This document shows, piece after piece, positions 49,815 to 64,000 of a stretch of 64,000 nucleotides of DNA. Each line of letters opens with the position of its first letter. Position 1 is the stretch's first letter. The position numbers were made by a program, and so were the translations under genes. Source of the stretch: Camelus ferus (lineage: Eukaryota); NCBI RefSeq assembly GCF_009834535.1, contig NC_045696.1:110114001-110178000 (forward strand), read 5' to 3'. The notes under the pieces are model-generated. The model was not told where the DNA came from and ran no database searches. It worked only from the letters and a program-made list of their open reading frames with translations.

Positions 49815-52800
49815 GGACTAAGGAACCCCATAGACTAAGCAACTCCCATAGGACTATAAGCAGATCTTTCAGCACAAACTCTGCAGGCCAGAGGGAGTGG
49901 CACAATATATTCTGAAACAAAAAAAAACTTCCAACCAAGAACACTCCACCCAGCAAAGTTACTATTCAGAATCGAAGACAAAAATTTTTCTAGTTAAGCA
50001 AAAACTAAATGAGTTCATCATCACTAAACATCACTAAATGGCCTTACAAGAAACGTTAAAAGGACTTCTTTAAGCTGAAAAATTAAGGGAGTTAATTAGT
50101 AACAATAACACATGTGAAAGAATAAATTTCACGGGAAAAGTAAATATATTGTAAAGATAGTAAATTAATTACTTATAAAGCTATTGTAAAGCTTAAAAAC
50201 CAAAAGTATTAAAAGTAACTGATTCCAATAATTAGTTATGGGATACACAAAATAAAAGATGTAAAATATGACATCAAAAACATAAAACGTGCTGGGGGAA
50301 GAGAGTAAAGATATTCAGTCTAATGTGGTAACACACTAAGTTGTTATCACTTATGATAGACGGTATAAGTTGTAAACCTTATGTTAACCACAAGCAAAAA
50401 CCTATAGTAAACACACAAAAGATAAATAGAAATAAATATAAGCATACCACTAAAGAAAGTCAAATCACAAATGAAGAGAGAAAGAAAAAAAGAAAGGAAC
50501 AGAGAAGAACTACAAAAACAATTACAAAACAACAACATGGCAATAATGACATACCCATCAATACTTTAAATGTAAACACACTGAATTCTCCAATCAAAAG
50601 ACAAAATGGCTGAATGGATTAAAAAAACAAGACCCACCTAAATACTACTTACAAGAGACACAATTCAGATCTAAAGACACAGACTAAAAGTGAGGGGGTA
50701 GCAAAAGGTATTCCATGCAAATGGAAACAAACAAAAAAGCTGGGGTAGCAACACTGATGTCAGACAACATAGACTTTAAAACAAAGACTCTAATAAGAGA
50801 CAAAGAAGGACATTACATAACGATAAAGGGATCAGTTCAAGAAGATATAATAATAATTGTAAATATATATGCATTCAACATAGGAACCTAAATAGATAAA
50901 GCAAATATAGACAAATATAAGGGAGAAATTGATACCAACATAGTAATAGTAGGGGCTTTAACACCTCACTAACATCAATGGACTGATCACCCAGACAGAA
51001 AATCAATAGGAAAACACTGATCTTAAATCACACATTATACCAAGTAGACTTAATAGATATAAATAGAACATTCCATCCAAAAGCAGCAGAATATACATTC
51101 TTTTCAAGTGCACATGGAACATTCTCCAGGATAGATAAGATGCTAAGACACAAAAGAAGTCTCAAAAAATTTAAAAAGATTTTAATCATATCAAGGATCC
51201 TTTCTGACCACAATGGTATAAGACTATAAATCAACTACAAGAAAAAAAACTGCAAAAAATACAAGCACGTGGAGGCTAAAAGATATGCTACTAAACAACC
51301 AATGGGTCACTGAAGAAATTGAAGAAGAAATTTTTAAAAATACCTGGAGGCAAATGAAAATGGAAACACAATGATCCAAAATCTATGTGATGCAGCAAAA
51401 GCAACCCTAAGACGGAAGGTCACAGCAATGAATCCCTACTTCAAGAAACAAGAAAAGTTTCAAATAAACAACCTAATTTTACACCACAAAGAACTAGAAA
51501 AAGATGAACAAACAAAGCCCAAAGTTTGTAGAAGCAAAGAATAACAATGCTTAGGGCAGAAATAAATGAAGTAGCAACTAAAAAGACAACAGAAGAGATC
51601 ACAGAAAAGATCAAAGAAACTATCTTAAAGTGACAGAGTTGGTTCATTGAAAAGATAAGGAAAACTGACATTTAGCTAGGCTCACCAAGAGAAGAAGAGG
51701 ACTCAAATCAGAAATGAGAGATACTACAACAGAAATACAAACAATCATAAGAGACTACTATGAAGAATGACATGCCAATAAATTGAACAACCTATGAGAC
51801 ACATAAACTTCTAGAAATATACAATCTACCAAGACTAAATCGTGATGAAATAGAAAATATGAACAGATCAGTTACTAGCAAGGAGACTGAATCAGTAATC
51901 AAAAAACTCCTACAAATCTAAGACCAGAACCGATGGCTTCACTGGTGAATTCTATTAAACATTCAAAGAATTAATGCCCACCTTCCTCAAACTCTTCTGA
52001 AAAATATGGAGGAACTCTTCCAAACACATTTACAAGGTCAGCATTACCCTCATACCAAAATCAAACAAGAATAGTACACAAAAAAGAAAATTATAGGCTC
52101 AAACCCCTGATAAACATAGATGAGACTCCTCAACAAAATATTAGCAAACTGAATTCCACAACACATTAAAAGGATCATACACAGTGATCAAGTGTGGTTT
52201 ATTCCAGGGATGCATAGATGTTGCAAACATCTGCAAGTCAATGTGATACATCACATTGACAAAATGAAGGATAAAAATCATGTGATCATCTCAACAGATG
52301 CAGAAAAAGCATCTGACAAACATCAACATCCACTTAGGATAAAAACTCTCAACAAAGTGAGTAAGAGAAGGAACATACCTGAACATAATAAAGGCCATAA
52401 ATGGCAAGCCCACAACTAACATCATACCCACCAGCAAAAAGCAAAAGCTTTTCCACTAATACCAGGAAAAAGACAAGGATATCCACTCTCACCACTTTTA
52501 TTCAATATAGTATTGGAAGTTTTAGCCAGAGCAGTTAGGCCAGAAAAAAAGTCAAGGGCACCCAAATTGAAAAGGAAGAAGTAGAATTTGTCTCTATTTG
52601 CAGATGACATGATACTATATATAGAAAACCCTAAAACCTCCATTATCTTAAAATTTGTATGGAAACACAAGACACCAAATAGCCAAAGCAGTCTTAAGAT
52701 GAACAAAGCTAGAAGAATCACATGGCCTGATTTCAAACTATCTTATAAAGCTATAGTAATTAAAACGGGATGGTATTTGCAATGAAAACAGACATATAGA

Positions 52801-54060
52801 CCAATAGAATGGAATAGAGAGTCCAAAAATAAATCCATACATATGTGGTCAATTACAACAAAGGAGCCAAAAATATACAAGGGGAGAGGATAATCTTTTC
52901 AATAAAAGATGCTGGTAAAACTGGACAACCACACACAAAAGAATGAAACTGGACAACTATTTTACACCACACAAAAATTAACTCTAAACAGATTAAATAC
53001 TTGAATGTAAGAACTGACATCATAAAACTCCTAGAAGAAAACATAGGTGGTAAGCTCCTTGACATAGGTCTTATAGATGATTTTTTGAATCTACACCAAA
53101 AGCAAAAATAAACAAGTGGGAGTATATTAAATAAAAAGCTTCTGCATAGCAAAAAGAAACCACCAACAAAATGAAAAGGGAACCTACAGAATGGAAGAAA
53201 ATGTTTGTGAATCATGTATCTGATAAGAGGGGCTAATATCCAAAATACATAAAGAACTCATACAACTCAATAGTGCAAAAAAAAAAAAAATCCATTAAAA
53301 ACATGGGCATAAGAACAGACATTTTGCCAAAGAAGACATACAGATGGCCAACAGGTCCATGAAAAGGTGCTCAGCATCATTAATCATCAGAGAAATGCCA
53401 ATTAAAACCACAATGAGTTATTATCTCACACCTCTTAGAATGGTTATCATCAAATTGTCAAGAAATAACAAGTACCAGCAAGGATGTGGCAAAAAGGAAA
53501 CCCTCGTACACTGTGGGTGGGAACATAAATTGGTACATGCAATATGGAAAACAGCATGGATTTTCCTCAAAAAAATCAAAAATAGAACTACTGTATGATC
53601 TAGAAATTTCACTTATGGGCATTTATTTAAAGAAAATGTAAACACTAATTAAAAAAATATGTGTACCCTCATGCTCATCGCAGCATTATCTACAATAGCC
53701 AAGATATGGAACCAATCTAAGCGTCCATCAATGGATGAATGGATTAAGAAATTGTAGTGTGTATGAATGTGTGTGAAGGGGGCAAGAATATTATTCAACT
53801 ATAAAAAAGAATAAAAGCTTGCCATTTCCAACAGCAGGGACAAAATGGATGGGCCTCAAGGGCATTATGCTAAGTGAAATAAGTCAGAGAAAGACAAATA
53901 CCATACGAGCTCTCTTACATGTGGAATTTAAAAAACAAAAACAAAACCAAGCTCATAGATACAGAGAACAGATTGGTAGTTGGCAAGGGGCAGAGAGTAA
54001 GGCGTGGGAGAAATGGGTGAACTTTTTTTTTTTAAATACACTGAATAAAGATTTTCAAGA
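49815..54060 (+). mobile_element. Large degraded L1 (end of ORF1, ORF2 endonuclease and RT, 3'UTR)
   Basis: TLNVNTLNSPIKR (EN start), WFIPGM...[26 protein letters not shown] (RT motif), [10 protein letters not shown]. Internal deletion near 52640; many stops. Confidence 0.95.
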
Positions 54061-55589
54061 AAAGAAATTAGATTTTTTTAATGGTTGTTTTCACCATCAG
54101 AAGTCTCAACCATGAGAAACCTATTTCTTTTCTTTTTTGTCTACTCCTTAAATCTCAAGTATACTTGAAATGCATTAACTACCACAGAACATTGTTACGG
54201 CTTTTCTTTGAATAAAAGACATTAAACTGATTCTTTAAATACCAAACACCACAGATGCAGAGCTATTAACCTTGAGTGATTGCTTTTGTAAACACACTGC
54301 TTTCTGCAGACAGATCAAAGGCTGTATTTTGCTCTTACAATGACCCACAGTCTTGGGCTCTACTAACTTTAACATTATTTGGAATAGCCAATTCAATCAA
54401 GTTTTAGCGCCCCCCCTCCCCAGGTATACACAATGTTTCTAACATGCAGCAGGGCTGATGGAGAAAAGAATGGGGAAGATACTTTCAGTACAAATACAGA
54501 CAATGGCATCTCCTCCACTGAGGCACCTAGATGTTTCCTCTCGGGGCCAAATGCACAAGGTAAGTTGAATTTTGCCCTGGTTTCTTGATTGTTATATTTG
54601 CAAACCTCCACTTTACCCTCACTAGTCGTTTATTCACTGTCAGTTCACTCATGGTACTTTGCTGGGCATTATACCAGATTATTTAGATATACTTGGTCTT
54701 CTAAAATGTGACAAATATAATCTATGGGAAACTGCAGGGACTGAATTAAGTAAGAGGCTAAGCAATCACAAAACAAGGAGGCCTTCAACATTTGCACTGC
54801 TCTTTACCAGTGATCGTCTCTTTTGAAGTACATTATAGGAAAGACACAGTCCATGGTGGTGGGTGAGGCAGAGCCATTAGCATTGTGTGCTTGGATGAGG
54901 TAAGGCCACTCACATACACTCAAAGAAACAAGAAAGACTGTGCTGTTCATTAGTAGAAACATCCTAAGAGTCTCTCTCATCTCCCAGTCACATTGCAAAA
55001 AGCCACCTTCTGCATCCTCAAGAGTGAATGTAAGGGAGCACTGCTCATGAACTCCAGGAAGATAGTGTGGAAGAAGTTCTGAAGACCAGATCGTCTTTCT
55101 TTGGGATAATCTTAGACAGCCCTCCTTCTTTAGTGCAGCTCACAGATTCATGGCCAAGATGGCCAACGTGAGAACACTGCAGTTGAATAGCAAGAATATT
55201 TGCAAGGGAACAAAACAGCAGCTGGCTGTCAGCTTTGCCACAATTATTAAGTGTTCTATGGAGAATTTTTGTTTTGCATAATAAATTAAAAGTTAATACA
55301 TGTAAATCCATTTTATGCAGAGGCTAGGAGGCAGGCACCTGCATAGTAGATGGAACCACCTCCTGTCTCTGACTCCATGTAACCACACATCCCACGAACC
55401 TCTTCTAGTCCATTATCTGAAATGTACACCATTAATGAGTCATGCTTTTGAATCTGCTATTGGAACACAAATTCCTTTCTGAGCAGCAACGTATCAGGCT
55501 ATCAGCTATTAATAAGCTCTTCATTAATCAGAAATTAAGAAGCTAGTTATCTAGAAAGGGCCTAAGGGAATAATGAGAAAAGTGAAATT

Positions 55590-56000
55590 ATTCATTTATC
55601 AACATTTATTGAGGGTCTGCTAACTGAACACCATGATACCAAATGGGAATACAGTGACGAATTCATTCACTCATTCACTCACTCACTGCCTCCCTCATTT
55701 ACATTCATTCATTCATTCAACAGATTTTATACCAAGAATTGGGATATATATTCTGCCTTCAGATGGACTATAAGCCAGTAAAAGAAATTTTATTTTTATT
55801 TACAAGGCAAGAATAAATACCATGAATTTTTTAAAAATGCTATTAGTATGGAAGTTAGTAGATCAGAGAGATTAATACAGATGAGATGATCAAATATGGC
55901 TTCATGGAGGAGGCACTTAACCTGAAAGTTAAAGGATGGCTAGCAAATGAATATGCCAAGTGGGAGAGATGGCAGAGGGAATGGCATAAAATGCTAACCC
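55590..56000 (-). mobile_element. L2 3' fragments with (ATTC)n
   Basis: TTCATTTATCAACATTTATTGAGG, (CATT)n, CTGCCTTCAG, GGCTTCATGGAGGAGG. Confidence 0.7.
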
Positions 56001-58719
56001 ACTGCTTAATGGAGCCAGCCAGCAGGAGACAGCAGAAGTCTGCTAGGTGCCAGATGTTGGCAGAATGGATGGAGGGAAAGTGATGATGAGGTGTGCAAAA
56101 AGGGAAGAAATTCCAGAGGCAGACGGCATGTCTTGCTTTACCAATGTGCCTGGAGCCAGGCCTGCATTTACTTATGTCTCAGGCCTTATTCTTCTGAAAG
56201 TATAATTTTGTGGATCTTGGAGATTCTCTAGCCAAAAAGCCTTCATTTTACAGAAGAGAAAAACAAGTCTGATAAATTAGCCAAGGCCACAGATCTAGCA
56301 AGTGGCTATTTTGAGAGTATGACCAAATTGCCCTGAAATGAATGAAAGTAGATTTTTTTCCCATTTGTGCCAAGGTTATCAAGCTAGCTGGCAGCATCTC
56401 TCGTGCATGTTTGCTGTGCACATGGAAGTAGAGGGAGGAGAAAATGACTGACTCTGAGGTTAACCAGGAGGGACAAAGGAAATGAGGGGGTAAGAAACAC
56501 AGACCTGCAAATTTTCACATCATGAGAGAAGCTGACTTAACTGGAAATTTGGGCTGCAATAGTTTCCATCTATGCAACAGCTGGCCTATGAACTATAACA
56601 ACTCAAGCTTTTAAGACCTTTGCCAGCAAGATACCTAGTTCACATGTCAACTCCCCTCTCATTGTTAGAAATGTAAATGGAAGGTTCATGAATGGCCAAG
56701 GACTGACTTCTCAGCAGGATAAAATGGAATAAGCAGAAAAGGAGTCACAGCCCTTGCATTTTCAATAAATTGAAAGCATCTCTATTCATAGCCAGATTTC
56801 CAATTCAGAAAGATATGCTGTCTTAACAGGAAAACTGAAATGCCAAGAAAGACATGAAAATATTTTAAAGTTAGTTGCATTGGGCCTTCTATCTGTTCTA
56901 AGAAATTTCTGCCTCCATCAGAACTAAATTTCCTCTGCTTTGCAAATCACATTAATTTCCCATAATTCCAGACAGCTCAGAGCAGCGCTGAGTAGACAGA
57001 ATGTTTACAAATAACAAAATTAGAGAATGCAGGCAAGCATCTTAGAAGTTATCTGATCTGATTCCAAAGATGGAACCAGACCAGGGAAACAGTGACTTGG
57101 CCAAGATCATACACATAATAAAGATATAGAACCAGTCCCAGAAGCAGATCTTCCACCTCCAGACTTTGCTCACCTAGGGCCCAAGGAAGGAGCTTTCCTG
57201 CTGTTTTCATTGCTGTTCTCCTTGTTGCTCAGGTGGGAGTAGGATCCTACTCCCCTTACCACGAGTACAGTGTGCTGAGGGTTCAGGCGTCAACCAGGGA
57301 CAGTTCCAGCTCCCCACCTCAAGTGGGACTTCATTCCAACCTCTCAAATCCTCATCTACAAACATAAAATACTAAAAGTGAGACTATCTTTCTCCTCGCA
57401 AGCCTCTGGTGTGAGAGTAACTTTTTCAGGTAAGTCTACGTGAACTTTTTTAGATATTTCCATAGTTTTGTACCACTTCCTTCTACATAATTTCCCTTTC
57501 CACTTTTAAGTATTTGATGTTTCTATGAATTAATGTATTATAATATAAATATACCTTCGGAGAGAACTATAGAATTAGAAGCTATGGACATGTCCTACGA
57601 TGGAGAAAGGTTAAGAGTATGATCACTTGATGGAAAATGAATTTGCAACTAACATCTTGATAATTAACATAAAATCTACACTGTGAATTAGGAAAACTGT
57701 TTAGAATTTAGTGCTAAATGAAAAGTTACTACTGAATATAATCTGTGATTACACTTTGTAAAACCATGCTTTTAAAAGGTTAAAAATTAATTAAAATAAT
57801 AATGGCCATTGTGTTGCAGTTGTAGAATTATGAGCAAATGCTATTTTAAAAGCTTCTAAGATTCTAAAAAGTAAAGTATTATAATATTTCGATACATTTA
57901 ATGTTGTACAACTCAAAGCAAATTATAAATTTAAAATTTGATAGAAATAGAAAACTTTTAACTATCAATTGTGTGAAAGAGACTAGAGGATACTACCAGC
58001 TGCAGTTCCCAGACCCTGGAATTTAGGAAATAATGGCCATGCCTCACAGCACTGTGAGTGTGCCAACTAATCAGTGTGAAAGAATATTCTAGAAATCTGC
58101 TGAATTTTCATAGCTGGTTTCTTGTCAGCCTAGATCTGAAATGAAGCTGATTTATTTCCATCACTTAATTGTTTATTAATTCAAGCCTCAAATGATGGAC
58201 TGTTTCCTCCTGGCTACCCTCCCTGCCATTTCGACAGTTATCAAAGAAGAATGCCTTAGTTCGCATCAGAGGAAGAAGCTGCAAGCCTCCTCCCAAAGCA
58301 TGCCTTGTAATTTTGAAGATGTAGGTATTGCTGAAATCACTAACTTTATAGACTCAGTATTTTCTCAGACAAGAAAAGAAAAGACTTGAAACTTAACAAG
58401 AGGAGGTACCAAATAATGAGTATTTTCAGAGAGGCTCAAAACAAGCACGAAACATTCATGTGTTTATGCTACCATGATGGTTCTTAGATGTCCTCAAATC
58501 AGAGACGTTTCTATCAGTTTTTAGAAAGAGAAAATTAGTATGCATAGAGAGAGTCAGGGAGTACGCTCTTTCAGGTATGAGCCAAACTTTGTGTAAAACT
58601 TTGGGGCCTAGAAACAAAAAGGCCATGTACAAAATAATTAATCCATGTTAATCAATATTTACTCAGCTCATGACTGAGTCCTTTAATGAAATACATTCTA
58701 CAATACTTTACATTTCCAT

Positions 58720-58940
58720 ACTTTATAAGTTTACAAAGTGTTTTGTATGTTATATGTATCTTTTATTTTTCAATGAACACATTTTATGGTAAGTAAAGCT
58801 GGGATTGTTATTCGTACTTTACAGATGGAGACTTGAAGGCTTGGCTTAGATGGAGAAGTTTGGCTTGGCCAAGGTCCCTCAGAGGGCCAGGATTCAAAAC
58901 CAAGCTTCCCGATTTAACATAGTACTTTCCCTCTATGGCC
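58720..58940 (-). mobile_element. MIR SINE
   Basis: ACTTTACAGATGGAGACTTGAAGGCT...CTTGGCCAAGGTC...GCCAGGATTCAAAACCAAG. Confidence 0.75.
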
Positions 58941-59409
58941 TCTTCCAGCCTAATTTGATTAGGCTGTGTCTCAGGGCAGAAAAATGATCCGGATGGTCTC
59001 TCCAAGTATTCCTCAAGCCGAAGAATTTGCATAGGTTGGTGGTGAATAAATTGAAATACTGGTGGTGAATATGCAGTTTTTAAAGTATGATACTAATGAA
59101 TCTGTAAATCCATAATAAGAAAAACTATTCCACCCATCACACAGTTATTTTTTAATGAATTACCAAACCATATTATGAACCATAATCAATAAATGTCAGG
59201 GAAAGAATTAATAAGGAACACAAAGCTATGACAAGTGTGCATTAAGTAGATATATATTTGCTGATCTAATCAGTCTATGAGAATGGCTGTCCTTCGCCTG
59301 GGTTTGTGGTTAGTTACAAACTATAACTGCTGCCCCATCACTCATGCTCATACTGAAGCCAATCTGCAAAGAGGGTCACTTTCTAGAGCTCAGAATTACC
59401 CAAAGCAGT

Positions 59410-60010
59410 AAATACAAGGACACAAATATATGGAGAAATTCAATTTCTTGGAAAAATAAACATAAATTAAAATAAGATACCATGTTTTATCTATGAATCT
59501 GCAAAATAATTTTTAACAGTAACACTTAGTGTTGGTGGAGCACACTGAAATAGCCATTTTTTTCATAGTCTTAGACAAAACAGAAACAGGAGTCAGCTTT
59601 TTGGAAGCATTTTAGTGACGTTTATTTTAAAAATGTATTTTAACCAATAACTTAACTTACATTAATTTATCCTAAAAAATTCACAAACACTTGTCTGACG
59701 TGCAAGGATAACCATCATTGTTTTTATACAAGTGAAAAAACAGCAGATAATGATCATTTAACAAAAAGGGAATGTTAGTAAATAAATTCTAGGACATCCA
59801 ATAATAGAAAACTATTCAGTCCTTAAAAGTTCATGTTCTCGAAGAACACTTAATAACATGGTAAATTATATGACGTGTGAAAAAGTAGGGCATATATTCT
59901 TATATACTGTATGATCTCAACTTTATAAAATAAAAAATACATACCTATATGCATGTAAGTTATACTGGAAGGAAAAACTCCAAACTATTAACCGTTGGAT
60001 TTCTCTGGAA
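59410..60010 (+). mobile_element. Old L1 (L1ME-like) 3' end
   Basis: AAATTAAAATAAGATACCATGTTT...GTTGGTGG...ACTGGAAGGAAAAACTCCAAA. Confidence 0.7.
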
Positions 60011-61719
60011 GATTGCTTCACCTCACTCTTACAATGAAACTTCAGAATGTCTTATGGAATCAATACAAAAATGGTAGTGCATTTGATTTATCAAGACTTA
60101 TTTGGCAATATATGAGTATATCTTTATAATTTAAAGTGGGAAATGCCTTATTGACGCATATTGACAGCTTTGTACCAAAGTCATCCTTCCCAGAGCTGAT
60201 ATGAGAAAGAGCCAATGATACATGGAACACAAAACCCTTATTCACTGGACTCCAACAGCAGCTATGTGAAATCCCCTCTTTATTAAGTCAGGGGGAAAGA
60301 TTCTCCTGAAGAATTGTATTTATCAAGCAATGAAAATCATATCACTGTCTTGAGATGTCTGAAACTTTAGAAATGCTCACTGCCACCTTTTGCCTGGCTC
60401 ATGTTGTACATGAAGGACGTTAGGGATTTACGTGTTCTAAAAGCTGTAATCTTCTTGGGTAGTGAATGTTTCGCTTGTAATTAGTAACTTGCAACAAGCT
60501 CTCCAGGGTTTCAGTAACAAGCCTGATCATCACTGGTCATCTTCTTCCATCTCTACCACATTCTCCATCTTCACTGGTCTCATTTTAATCTTCTGCTTAT
60601 GCTCAACTCACAAAGTTGGCAGAGTATCAACTTGCCTTTAAATTCTATTAGTTGAGCCTTTCATTTTTGTGTATTTTGGTTCAGGACTTAATCTACATAT
60701 TGAACACACTCTAAACTGACATTTGATTGAACTTGGAATACTTAACAAATGCTGGTATGCAGTCAGCCAACAGGCCCATTTTCCATCTATTCAAGATACT
60801 TAGACCTACCTTCAGCAGGTCAGCTTATGAATAAACAAGATTTCTAACCAGACCATTAGCTTTTTCAAATAAAGCTAGTTTATACCTCTGAACCATGTGG
60901 TCTAGTACAAATCTGGGATTAAGGAAGGTAGATACTCATAGAGCCAGACTCTCTGAGGCTCCTAAACCTCTTTCTCCTCTCCTTGTCAAGTTCACTGCTT
61001 ACTCAGTCACTATCCATATGAAGCGACAAACTATACTGGTGTCTCCAAACTTATCTGACCACAGAGCACCACCAAAGGTCATGAGGCACATTCAGATTAA
61101 AGTGGACCAAAAATGAATTAACTACAGCTAAAAATATGATTCAGATGCATTTACTTTAGAAGAACAAACTAAAACCTATTTTTAATAAAAAATTCAAATA
61201 TGATACATTAAAATTATAGAAAAGGCACAGAACATATGCTGGCAAATTGACCAGACGACTGACATCATGACATCATTCTGAAGGTGCCCTTCCCATGCAT
61301 CAGTGTGCTGGGCAACCAGGGCTGCACACATAGGGTGGCTGCTCATGGCATTTGTGGCCACGGCACAGCCAATCTTAATGACAGGCTTCCCTCATTGGTC
61401 TCAAACAGCAATGTCAAAGGTTGTCACATATGCCACAGCCACATGACTCTTGGACTCAATCTAGTAAGCAGCTATTGAGATGTCTATTATCAATCAGAAA
61501 TGTCCTTAAAAAGAGTTATTGATGTCAATATTTATTCCAAGTCAAACATTAAAATACAGTGTTAATGTACTGCCTGGCACCATGAATGATGCAAAAACTC
61601 TTTGTGTGATGAACTGCTAGCACAGATCTATAAAAATAGTGCAGAATTAGTTTAGGAGGAGAACACAGTGGCCTAAGCTTTGCTACTCAAAAAAGCAGCC
61701 CCAGCAGCAATCTGTGCCC

Positions 61720-62230
61720 ACGTCAGCGACACTATTCTCAGCACCACTCCACTCCTAATACGCTGCGGGTTCTTCCAAGGCTAATCCGAGAACATCACCT
61801 TCATTAGAACACTCTTTCTCACCTCCAAACCCCTTAGGTTGGTATTTATTGCCCGCTATGATCTATGACAAACCCTTCTCAATTTGCCTATCATTACTTC
61901 TTCGTCTTACCCTCTGTCTACTCCAGATGAATTTCCCTACTCAGTTCCTTCAGATACATCCTGCACATTAGTTTGTTCACACCTTGGTCTCCTCCTCCAC
62001 AGCCCTCCTCTCTGCTCTTAGGAATCCTCCCATTCATGAAGGTCCAATTTAAGACCTTCACGTTCTCCCTCCCTCTATCAACCTTGTAGCACATGCTGTC
62101 TGTCCCAGAGCACCCTTCTCAGATGCTCTAGCATTGCTGGTTGTCTTGCTCTGGGCCTGTCTCTCCAACAAGACTACAGACACTTCAGGAGCAAGGACCA
62201 TGGCCACCCTTGTACTGCCTCAGCTGTCTA
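61720..62230 (+). mobile_element. L2 fragment
   Basis: CCTACTCAGTTCCTTC...CCCATTCATGAAGGTCCAATTTAA...GTCTCTCCAACAAGACTA...CTTCAGGAGCAAGGACCATG. Confidence 0.6.
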
Positions 62231-62810
62231 CCACAGGTCAAAATATTTGAGCCTTGATTGAGAAAGAATGCCCTAAAGTCAATTTCAACACTCTGGTAAC
62301 AATCTGTTCCTCTTCACCAAACACTATGAAGATTATGATTATTTTTCTGCAGCTCTCTGAAAGTTCTCTAATGAGAGAGGGAAGACGTTCCTTTCTAATG
62401 AAGGCATTATTTCTCAAAAGCACCAGCTAGTTAGACCTTGACTCTAATGACAGCTAGATCGGCTGTGACCTGACCTGCTACATGATGGCTGGGCAAAACA
62501 AAATGGCAAACTCAAGGCTCTTCTCTGGCTGTTGCCACACATGGTAGATGGATGGCAACGCCCAGTGCTCAGGTGTCAAGAAAGAAAGACAGACATGCTC
62601 CCTACTCTCAAGGTACCTACAGTCTTGTTAGAGAGACAAGGTGCAGAGCAAGCTAATCAGCAGTGCCAGGGTGTGCTCTGAGGTGGACAGTGTGAGCCTG
62701 GCACAACCAGTCTTAATAACAGAAGTAAGCCTCCCTTACCTGGTTCCAAAAAGCAATACCAAGATTGTCATAATGTCATAGCTTCATGAAATTTTTTAAA
62801 AGTCTAGCAT

Positions 62811-62903
62811 AAGAAAAAAAAACAAAAAACAAACAAAAAAAGCAAACAGAAAGAAGACAAAACAGAAAAAAAAAAAAAAAAAGAACAGAGAGAAGAAAAA
62901 AGA
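62811..62903. repeat. A-rich low-complexity tract
   Basis: About 90 nt consisting almost entirely of A with interspersed C and G. Confidence 0.9.
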
Positions 62904-63789
62904 CATTCCCTTGGTTAAGGTGTGAGGGAACTCCTGGAGGCAGTGTTCAGAACTTGCCAAGAATTTCTAGCCAGCCCAGAGACCTGGAAAGTGGACAGCA
63001 GGTCACGGAGACACAAAGCAGAGCCACAGCCAAAGAGTGTAACGGGGAGGAGCCAGAGAAGAGGGAGGCCAGGGGAGCCCGGTATGTCGGCATTAGGATT
63101 GCAGCCAACCACCGGTCACCACCACTGACTGAAGGTCGAAAGAGCCAAGATCCTAAAGCTGCGTCTTCCTCCTCAGGGACTCCCAACATTATGAACTTCC
63201 TTTTTACAAGTGGGAGCTCAGGACTCCTGGGATGAGCACAAAGATTTCTAAACATCTGCATTTTTCCTAGTCATACTGTGATTTAAAAACTACAAAGCAG
63301 GCCACTCCTTCCATGGCCACAGGAGCAGGGTATGGAATTGTGCCGCTAACTCACATCAATGCCCGGGCCACACCGTCCTGGACAAAGAGCTCTCCGTTTT
63401 GCTAGCAAAGTCTTTGCTGGATTTGGGACAACTTAATTTAGCTAAATGCAGTGTCTTCTCTCATTGGCATGTCTGACCTCTGGCAGTGCAAGGTGATATA
63501 GAATCATCCACTCTATGGAAGCAAGGCTGTGTCCTGCTCTCCAGCACGTACGTCGTCCAGTGGAGGAAGACGAGGCCTGTTTCATGTGGGTGATGTTTCA
63601 AAGAATGCTCATCCATGACAGTTCATCAAACTGTATTTTATGTAGTTGTTGTAGTTGTCTTATATTTAGTTTAAAAAATTTACAGAAATGAGGCAGATAC
63701 ACAGCCCGCATGTGCAAATTTAATACAAGGCAGAAGGAATTCAACAACTGCTGAACCCTTGCTTTGCCTCAGGTCCTGTGCTTACACTG

Positions 63790-63960
63790 TGTAGAATTTG
63801 TCATTTAATCCTCACCTCCAAATTACAAGGCTGGTTTTGCCTCACTTCAACGATTGGTGCTGGAGGGAGGAAAACGCGAACATTACAGAAATTAAGCAAG
63901 GGGAGGGCTAAAGTGTGAGTCCAGGCACGCCGGCCCTGAAGTGCAAAAGCTGCTTTTGCC
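63790..63960 (-). mobile_element. MIR fragment
   Basis: TCATTTAATCCTCAC start typical of a reversed MIR. Confidence 0.55.
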
Positions 63961-64000
63961 TCTAGCCGACGCTGGACAGGCCGGAGGGATGGCCCTCCGA

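Noticed and set aside
49815..54060. Possible active or full-length L1
   Set aside because: It lacks the 5'UTR and most of ORF1, has an internal deletion after the FADD motif, and has many stops and frameshifts.
54405..54424. CTCF-like GGGGGCGCTA (minus strand)
   Set aside because: Only the 3' half matches; the CCAC/CCAG...AG half of the core motif is absent.
57421..57435. ctttttcAG|GTAAGT recursive-splice-like motif (plus strand)
   Set aside because: The pyrimidine tract is short with AG dinucleotides just upstream, and it is opposite to the inferred host strand.
62915..63261. Four overlapping ORFs near the right end
   Set aside because: GC-richer low-stop sequence with no recognisable product.
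1..64000. Prokaryote-type systems (CRISPR arrays, operons, defence islands), rRNA or NUMT sequence
   Set aside because: No regularly spaced direct repeats, no gene-dense ORF structure and no rRNA or mitochondrial similarity noticed. The content is typical mammalian repeat-rich DNA.

Overview
This is mammalian nuclear DNA, most likely camelid (alpaca/llama/camel), judged from two Vic-1-type tRNA-derived SINEs. It is AT-rich, CpG-depleted and about half interspersed repeats: MIR and L2 relics, old and younger L1 fragments (two of 3-4 kb), three ERV1-class solo LTRs with 4-bp target-site duplications (TSDs), two MaLR (MLT1) LTRs, and Tigger and hAT DNA-transposon fossils. I recognise no intact protein-coding gene. 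The longer ORFs in the track are L1/Tigger remnants or chance ORFs. The window reads best as part of a large intron or 5' region of a minus-strand gene, an inference from the + orientation of the longest L1s and several minus-strand exon-like signals. The strongest candidate is an ATG-bearing exon (MALSRAFWGFV|GTGAGT, 30750-30718) behind a CArG/TATA pair. I could not name the host gene. Other points of interest are four exact TAATCGATTA (PAX3/7-type) palindromes, an ~88-bp retroposed mRNA 3' end with a 16-bp TSD, and a Tigger1 with an internal inversion. I found no convincing new biological system. Repeat subfamily names come from recall of consensus sequences, not a database search, and boundaries of old repeats are approximate.
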